Shown: one piece after another, positions 26,265-32,000 of the stretch | Layout of the letters: each line of letters starts with the position of its first letter | Position numbering within the stretch: position 1 is the stretch's first letter | Assembly (NCBI GenBank): GCA_964551375.1 | Contig: CAZKBG010000001.1 | Span: forward strand, 747,329 to 779,328 | DNA from: an uncultured archaeon | GTDB lineage: Archaea; Iainarchaeota; Iainarchaeia; Iainarchaeales; JAAZKV01 | DNA: 32,000 nt | Reading direction: 5' to 3' | Made by a program: the position numbers and the translations under genes | Notes under the pieces: model-generated | Databases searched by the model: none | Seen by the model: the letters and a program-made list of their open reading frames with translations, nothing else | Told to the model about the DNA's origin: nothing

Positions 26265-27077
26265 ATGGAAAATTTAATTGTAATAAAACTTGGCGGTTCG
26301 TCAATTACAAAAAAAGCCGAAGGAAAATTTGAAATGAACGAAACTGTTTTAAAAAGCGCAGCAAAACAAATTTCCCAAGCTCTCAAATCCGATAATTCTC
26401 TTAAATTAATTCTTGTGTGCGGAGTGGGACCGTTTGGGCACACAAATGTAGTAAAATACGATTTGAATAATGGGATAAAAACAAGCGCGCAAGAAAAAGG
26501 AGTGGAAGTGACAATTAAGGACTGCAATTTTGTTGCTGAATCAGTTATGGACGCGCTGGAAAACGAAGGACTGAAAACTGAACACGTTCCAGGATATCTT
26601 GTGTGCAAACAAGACGGAAGAAAAGTAATTTCATTTGACGCAGAGCCTTATACTAATGCAGTTGAGAAAGGAATAATTCCAGTAACAACAGGAATAATGG
26701 TAAAAGACAAGTCGCTTAAATGGAGCGTGATGAGCGGAGATGCTGCAATTGCGCAAATTACAATGAGACTCATTCCAAAAAAAGTAGTGATAGGAACAGA
26801 TGTTGACGGAATATTCACAGGCGACCCAAAAGAAGACAAAAAAGCAAAACTAATTGAAGAAATTTCAAATACAAATCTTGAAAGCGTACTAAAAAAAGCG
26901 ACAAACTCAAAAGCAGTGGATGTAACCGGCGGAATGAAAGGAAAACTTGAAAAATTAGCAGAAACACTCAACGGAACAGAATGCCAGATTTTCAATCTTT
27001 TCACTGACGGAAATTTAAAAAAAGCGCTTCTTGGAGAAAAAATGACTTCCACCAAGCTTAAAATTTGGATTAATTAG
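26265..27077 (+). CDS. ipk: Isopentenyl phosphate kinase (amino acid kinase family)
   Basis: Track ORF starts at TTG 26238; ATG 26265 preferred. MENLIVIKLGGSSITKK, GVGPFGHTNVVKYDL with conserved His, VMSGDAAIAQI, VVIGTDVDGIFTGDPKE, DVTGGMKGKL. Confidence 0.88.
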   Translation: MENLIVIKLGGSSITKKAEGKFEMNETVLKSAAKQISQALKSDNSLKLILVCGVGPFGHTNVVKYDLNNGIKTSAQEKGVEVTIKDCNFVAESVMDALENEGLKTEHVPGYLVCKQDGRKVISFDAEPYTNAVEKGIIPVTTGIMVKDKSLKWSVMSGDAAIAQITMRLIPKKVVIGTDVDGIFTGDPKEDKKAKLIEEISNTNLESVLKKATNSKAVDVTGGMKGKLEKLAETLNGTECQIFNLFTDGNLKKALLGEKMTSTKLKIWIN

Positions 27078-27085
27078 TCATTAAT

Positions 27086-27134
27086 AAAGCTTTTATTTGA
27101 CTTAATCCTACTTTAACATTAAGCAGGGACTTAA
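27086..27134 (+). promoter_or_regulatory. Conserved promoter/leader AAAGCTTTTATTTGACTTAATCCTA...AAGCAGGGACTTAA
   Basis: Same layout as 31005-31054 upstream of the next surface gene; starts with a BRE/TATA-like AAAGCTTTTATTT. Confidence 0.6.
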
Positions 27135-30100
27135 GTGAACTCGAATTTTTTTAAACTAGCTGTTGCAGTCATTGTTCTATTAATTTCGGCAACCACTTTT
27201 TCAGCGACTATTTCTAATTGCACTCAGCTACAGGCAATAAGCGGAAGCACCGATTACAATCTTACAGCCGATGTTGACTGCACAGGAGTAGCATTTACTC
27301 CAATAGCATCATACACAGGAACGCTAAACGGAGTCGGATACAAAATAATCGGACTCAATATTAATCTTCCAACTACTGACAGAGTGGGATTATTTGGAAA
27401 TGTTTCAAGCTTCACAATCAAAAATATTATTTTTCAGGACGCAAATATAATCGGGCAGGATTATACAGGAGTAATTGTGGGAAGCGGCAGCCCGCTAATA
27501 TCAAACGTTTCAGTAATTAATGCAAGAGTAAATGGAAGATCTTATGTTGGAGGAATGGCTGGAAGTTATGGGCGAGCATCGTTTAATGGAAATCTGGTTA
27601 GCGGACTAAATTTAACTGCGACCGGAAGCTATTCCGGCGGAATGATTGGACAATACTCAGCAAGTAACAATCCTGCGGTGGATATTAATGATACAGTAGT
27701 TGACATAACTTCTATGACTGGAGCCCAGTATGTGGGCGGAGTGGTGGGATATAATTGGAACAGCTATAACGGTGTAACAAGATACTATCGAGCAAAAGTA
27801 ACAATAGGCACACTAACAGGTGGAAGCTATGTGGGTGGAATTGTAGGAAGACTTGGCGGAACAATTTCAGATTCAAATGTAACAGCTGGAAGAATATTTA
27901 CTTCAGATTATGCGGCTTATGTCGGGGGACTTGCTGGGGATAATCACGATTTAGGGTACGGCGGAGGAATTACAAACTCATGGGCAAGAGTAAAAATTGA
28001 CATAAATAAATTCAACGGAAGCGGAGCATCAGACGGGTATGTTGGAGGCTTAGCTGGCTCAAACTTAGGACTTGGAATTACTGATTCATGGGCAGATGCA
28101 AATATTGACGTATCACTTGGAACTTATTCAGGATATTATGTTGGAGGGTTAGCAGGAAAAAGCGGAACAATTACAAGATCTTACTCTACAGGGGCTTACA
28201 TAAGATCAACCGCTGGTTTTGGCGGATATGCTGGAGGACTTGCAGGACTATTGTCTGGAAGTCTAGTGGATTCTAATTCTTCAATTCCCTTAATTGACGG
28301 CGGAACAAATGATTACGTTGGAGGATTAATTGGACAATGGGCTGGCTCAAACGGGATTTTGAGAAGCAAATATGTTCCGGGATCAGTTGGAAATATAACT
28401 GCAAGAAACCGTGTTGGAGGAATAGCTGGAGATAGTTCTGCAGGTGGAGCAAGCGCAGATATTAATGATTGTGTAGTTGACTTTAACTCAATTTCAGGAA
28501 ATGATTATGTCGGCGGAATTGTGGGATACATGTGGAACGGCTCAACAGGAGTGAGCAGAATATATCGTGCACAATCAACAATAACAACGATGACTGGCGG
28601 AAGTTATATTGGCGGTGTTGTTGGAAGACTTGGAGGAATGCTATCTGACTCTAATGCAGTTATAAAAAATATTAATGCATCAGGATATGCTGCTTACGTT
28701 GGTGGATTAGCTGGAACTAATGCGAATTTGGGATACGGCGGAGGACTCGCACGCTCCTGGGCAAGAGTGCAGATTACAACAAACAAAACCAGCGGCTCAG
28801 GCGCATCGGACGGATACTTAGGCGGACTTGCCGGCTCAAACGCGGGATTTGCAATTACTGATTCATGGGCGGATGTAAACATTTACGCAAACGTTGGAAC
28901 TTATTCAGGATATTATGTTGGAGGGTTAGCAGGAAAAAGCGCGGGAGCATCAAACTCTTATTCAATAGGAACAATATTGCAATCAACAAAACAATTTAAC
29001 GGATATGTTGGAGGACTTATTGGAGAATCAAGCGGAAGCATCACTGATTCAAATTCTGCAATCCAAACAATTGACAGCGGAAGCGGAGCATATCAAGGAT
29101 CATCTGTTGGCGGATTAGTTGGAAACTGGGCTGGGGGCTCAAGCATTCTAAGATCAAAATATGTCGGGCGTAATATTATTGGAGGAGCGCAGACAGGCGG
29201 AATTGTTGGAAGAGTATACACAAGCTCAAATCCAAGCGCTGATGTGAATGACATTACAGTTGACGCAAATTCAGTAATTGGAACAAATCAAATTGGCGGA
29301 GCAATAGGATTCATGTGGAACTCATATAACAGAGTTTCAAGAATAGCAAGAGCAAAGGTGACGCTTAATTATTTGACAGGAACTGAAGAAGTGGGCGGAG
29401 TAATAGGAAGACATCAGGAAGGATATGCACTGATTGATTCAAACTCAGTGATTCCAAATATTTATGCATATAACACAGGAAAATATGTCGGCGGAATAGT
29501 TGGCTGGAAAGACAACGGCTCTTATGCTGATGCTATTTACATGTCAAACTGCTGGTCCATAAACCAAATTCAAACTAATAAATATAACGGAGGTTCGACT
29601 ACTGAAGGATATATTGGAGGACTTGCGGGAAAAAGCGACGGACCAATTTCTAATTCTTGGGCAGATGTAAATATTGACGCAAATGTAGGAACTTATTCAG
29701 GATATTATGTCGGGGGAATTGTTGGATATGGAAGCACAATTACAAACTCTTATGCAATTGGGGATTCAATTAATGCAGCAAAGGCAACCAATGGAAGCAT
29801 TGGCGGAATTGCCGGATATGCCACAACAATACTTAACACTTATTCAAGATTTACGCTTGTTAATGGGGGAACAACTTCTGGAACAGGCGTTGGAGGATTA
29901 ATTGGAACAGGCGCCGTAAACGCAACGATTACAAATTCTTATGTCATAGCAAATGATGTTAATGGATATACGCGAGTTGGGGGAATAGCAGGAGATTTAG
30001 GCTCAAATGCCACAGTGACGAATTCTTTTTTTGTCGGCAGAGTAAAAGCATCAAACAGTTATGACAATAATATCTATGGATACGCAGGGTATGACCAAAC

Positions 30101-30959
30101 GCAGGCAAACAAAGATATTAATTGTTATTTTACAAATCCAACTTTATCAAGCAATGTGTATAAAGAGGACAAAACTTCAACACCAACTTATGTAACTAAC
30201 GCAGGCGCAAGTTACTTCAAAGGAAAAACAAGTTTAATTCGAATAAAACCTCCATTCTCAAACAGCACAGCTCCTGACTGGAATTTTAATTATACTGCAC
30301 ACGCAGGAGTATGGTTTGGATGGAATGCAGAATACCCTCACTTCATTACAGACCCTAATCCATCACGAGTACCGATTGGTGAGTATCAATCAAAGGCAGT
30401 TAGTCTGGGCGGAAAAAAGAAATGCATTGCTTTGACAACTGATATGACAATAATTTCCGACAGCAATATTAAGATTCAGATTCAAGTTGCTGACAATAAT
30501 GTAACTTGGTGGACCACTCCAAACTGGGTTGGCCCTGATGGAACAAGCAATACTTATTATTCAAACGGAAATTACGCAGTTCCTGATGTTAATGCAGACG
30601 GGAACTGGGTAAGATGGAAAGCAATACTTTATTCAACAAGCGATTATTTGACTCCGTCGCTAAAGACAGTTGATATTAACTGCATACCGACTGGAGAAAT
30701 GGTGCTTGTGGCGAATGCTAGTAATGTTGTTTGGGAAGGATTTACGTATAATGCGTTAGTTGGGGGAATTCATGGTTCGCTTGAGTGGTTGTATAAGGTT
30801 GGGAATAATAGTTGGCTTAGTGCGGATAATAATGTTTTTTCTGTTTTGAATAGTGGGAATCCGCTTTATATTAAAGCAAAACTTACCGGGACAATAGATT
30901 CGAACGGGCCGATAATTGATAATAATGTAGTTGTGTCTTATAGACTAAATGTTAACTAA
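27135..30959 (+). CDS. Giant secreted surface protein with GLUG-like beta-repeats
   Basis: 1274 aa (GTG start); signal peptide KLAVAVIVLLISATTFS; repeats such as GYYVGGLAGKSGTITRSYSTG; C-terminal domain resembling that of the 20215-26199 protein. Confidence 0.87.
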   Translation: MNSNFFKLAVAVIVLLISATTFSATISNCTQLQAISGSTDYNLTADVDCTGVAFTPIASYTGTLNGVGYKIIGLNINLPTTDRVGLFGNVSSFTIKNIIFQDANIIGQDYTGVIVGSGSPLISNVSVINARVNGRSYVGGMAGSYGRASFNGNLVSGLNLTATGSYSGGMIGQYSASNNPAVDINDTVVDITSMTGAQYVGGVVGYNWNSYNGVTRYYRAKVTIGTLTGGSYVGGIVGRLGGTISDSNVTAGRIFTSDYAAYVGGLAGDNHDLGYGGGITNSWARVKIDINKFNGSGASDGYVGGLAGSNLGLGITDSWADANIDVSLGTYSGYYVGGLAGKSGTITRSYSTGAYIRSTAGFGGYAGGLAGLLSGSLVDSNSSIPLIDGGTNDYVGGLIGQWAGSNGILRSKYVPGSVGNITARNRVGGIAGDSSAGGASADINDCVVDFNSISGNDYVGGIVGYMWNGSTGVSRIYRAQSTITTMTGGSYIGGVVGRLGGMLSDSNAVIKNINASGYAAYVGGLAGTNANLGYGGGLARSWARVQITTNKTSGSGASDGYLGGLAGSNAGFAITDSWADVNIYANVGTYSGYYVGGLAGKSAGASNSYSIGTILQSTKQFNGYVGGLIGESSGSITDSNSAIQTIDSGSGAYQGSSVGGLVGNWAGGSSILRSKYVGRNIIGGAQTGGIVGRVYTSSNPSADVNDITVDANSVIGTNQIGGAIGFMWNSYNRVSRIARAKVTLNYLTGTEEVGGVIGRHQEGYALIDSNSVIPNIYAYNTGKYVGGIVGWKDNGSYADAIYMSNCWSINQIQTNKYNGGSTTEGYIGGLAGKSDGPISNSWADVNIDANVGTYSGYYVGGIVGYGSTITNSYAIGDSINAAKATNGSIGGIAGYATTILNTYSRFTLVNGGTTSGTGVGGLIGTGAVNATITNSYVIANDVNGYTRVGGIAGDLGSNATVTNSFFVGRVKASNSYDNNIYGYAGYDQTQANKDINCYFTNPTLSSNVYKEDKTSTPTYVTNAGASYFKGKTSLIRIKPPFSNSTAPDWNFNYTAHAGVWFGWNAEYPHFITDPNPSRVPIGEYQSKAVSLGGKKKCIALTTDMTIISDSNIKIQIQVADNNVTWWTTPNWVGPDGTSNTYYSNGNYAVPDVNADGNWVRWKAILYSTSDYLTPSLKTVDINCIPTGEMVLVANASNVVWEGFTYNALVGGIHGSLEWLYKVGNNSWLSADNNVFSVLNSGNPLYIKAKLTGTIDSNGPIIDNNVVVSYRLNVN
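27600..29700 (+). repeat. Intragenic higher-order repeat of about 260 aa, nearly 3 units; equivalent Trp codons at 27756, 28533, 29316 (spacing 777, 783 nt)
   Basis: Blocks YNWNSYNGVTRYYRAKVTI / YMWNGSTGVSRIYRAQSTI / FMWNSYNRVSRIARAKVTL. Confidence 0.85.
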
Positions 30960-31004
30960 AGTTAACTGATAAATTGGGCAATTTGCCTTGTTTTAATCCT
31001 GAAA

Positions 31005-31054
31005 AAAGCTTTTATTTAACTTAAACCTAATTCTAGCACAAAGCAGGGAACTTA
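31005..31054 (+). promoter_or_regulatory. Conserved promoter/leader AAAGCTTTTATTTAACTTAAACCTA...AAAGCAGGGAACTTA
   Basis: Counterpart of 27086-27134; nearly identical spacing to the start codon. Confidence 0.6.
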
Positions 31055-32000
31055 ATGATGGCAAATTTTAACAAATTACTTTTAGGGATCTTATTAATTT
31101 TAATAATAAGTCAGGTTTTTGCATTTAGCGGCGGAACTGGAACAAGCGGAGACCCTTACAGAGTAAATGCCTGCGCAGATATTGACTGGATGGATACTAA
31201 TGCATCTACAAAATCAGCATACTATGTTCTTGATTCAAATGTGGACTGCGGAGTATCGCCTTATAATACAGGAAGCGGGTTTACTCAAGTAACAGGATTT
31301 GCAGGATCGCTTGACGGACAAGGATACTGGGTAAAAAACTTAATGATTTACCTTCCAACAACAAATAATGTTTCACCATTTGCTGCAGGAAGCGCGTTCA
31401 CAATAAAAAATATTGGATTTGATGTAAATATCACAGGACAGGATTATGTATCCGGATTCATGACTGATTATTTGAATAGGGACTTAAATAACATAAAAGT
31501 AAGCGGAACAATAATAGGGAGAAATTATGTGGGCGGAATTACATCAAGAAGCAATGCGGGAATAAAAATCACAAACAGCTCTGTTGACTTGACTTTGATA
31601 AGCGGAAATGAATATGTAGGGGGACTTGCCGCATACTATGGAGGGGATTTCAATTACTGCACAATAAAAATAAACCGAATAGAAGGGCAGTTTTCTGTGG
31701 GCGGAGCAAGCGGATGGATGTTTAATGGAAGCAATGGAGTGTCCTATATTCAAAATACAACTGCTGACATAAACCTACTAAAAGTAACACACACTTCAGC
31801 TAATGGCTATTACACTTTAGTCGGAGGATTAGTCGGAAGATTTTCTTCAAGCGGATTTATAAGAAGCGCAAATGTGCGAGTAAATTTAATTGATGTCAAT
31901 AATGCGACTGCAGACCCTGGAAAAATAGGGGGGCTTGTCGGAGGACATGACCGCGCAGGCGGATATCTTTATGATGTAAATTTTACAGGAACAATAAATT
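31055..32000 (+). CDS. Partial CDS: third secreted GLUG-like surface protein, truncated by window end
   Basis: Translated by hand: MMANFNKLLLGILLILIISQVFAFSGGTGTSGDPYRVNACADIDWM... then YVGGITSRSNAGIKITNSSVDLTLI and YVGGLAAYYGG; open to the window end and absent from the ORF track. Confidence 0.85.
   Translation, partial: MMANFNKLLLGILLILIISQVFAFSGGTGTSGDPYRVNACADIDWMDTNASTKSAYYVLDSNVDCGVSPYNTGSGFTQVTGFAGSLDGQGYWVKNLMIYLPTTNNVSPFAAGSAFTIKNIGFDVNITGQDYVSGFMTDYLNRDLNNIKVSGTIIGRNYVGGITSRSNAGIKITNSSVDLTLISGNEYVGGLAAYYGGDFNYCTIKINRIEGQFSVGGASGWMFNGSNGVSYIQNTTADINLLKVTHTSANGYYTLVGGLVGRFSSSGFIRSANVRVNLIDVNNATADPGKIGGLVGGHDRAGGYLYDVNFTGTIN

Noticed and set aside
20215-30959. Repeats as a mobile element or insertion-sequence array
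   Set aside because: The repeats are in-frame protein modules inside long ORFs with signal peptides; no transposase or terminal inverted repeats were seen.
30971-30984. AAATTG-GG-CAATTT hairpin after the second giant as a terminator
   Set aside because: Loop of 2 nt is sterically poor and there is no long T-tract directly after; not supported enough to list.

Overview
Archaeal-type window (possibly DPANN/Diapherotrites-like; lineage is inferred, not shown). The + strand carries what looks like a complete isoprenoid route from acetyl-CoA to geranylgeranyl-PP in about 26 kb. It contains thiolase, HMG-CoA synthase, a DUF35 scaffold, class II HMG-CoA reductase, mevalonate kinase, aconitase-X large and small subunits (phosphomevalonate dehydratase), a UbiD-family decarboxylase (anhydromevalonate-phosphate decarboxylase), a UbiX-type prenyltransferase, isopentenyl phosphate kinase, type 2 IPP isomerase and a polyprenyl synthase. 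This is the gene set of the archaeal anhydromevalonate-phosphate variant pathway. Inside the cluster are a divergent second GHMP kinase directly before mevalonate kinase and three uncharacterised basic proteins around the thiolase/HMGS/DUF35 genes. A NikR-like regulator divergent from a ZIP transporter is also present. Interleaved with and following the pathway are cell-surface genes: two class III signal-peptide (pilin-like) proteins and three GLUG-like beta-repeat secreted proteins (1994 aa, 1274 aa, and one cut by the window edge). The two complete giants share a higher-order repeat of about 260 aa. Short shared upstream elements link gltA-like with HMGS, and the second with the third GLUG-type gene. 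No tRNA, rRNA, CRISPR array or transposase was identified.
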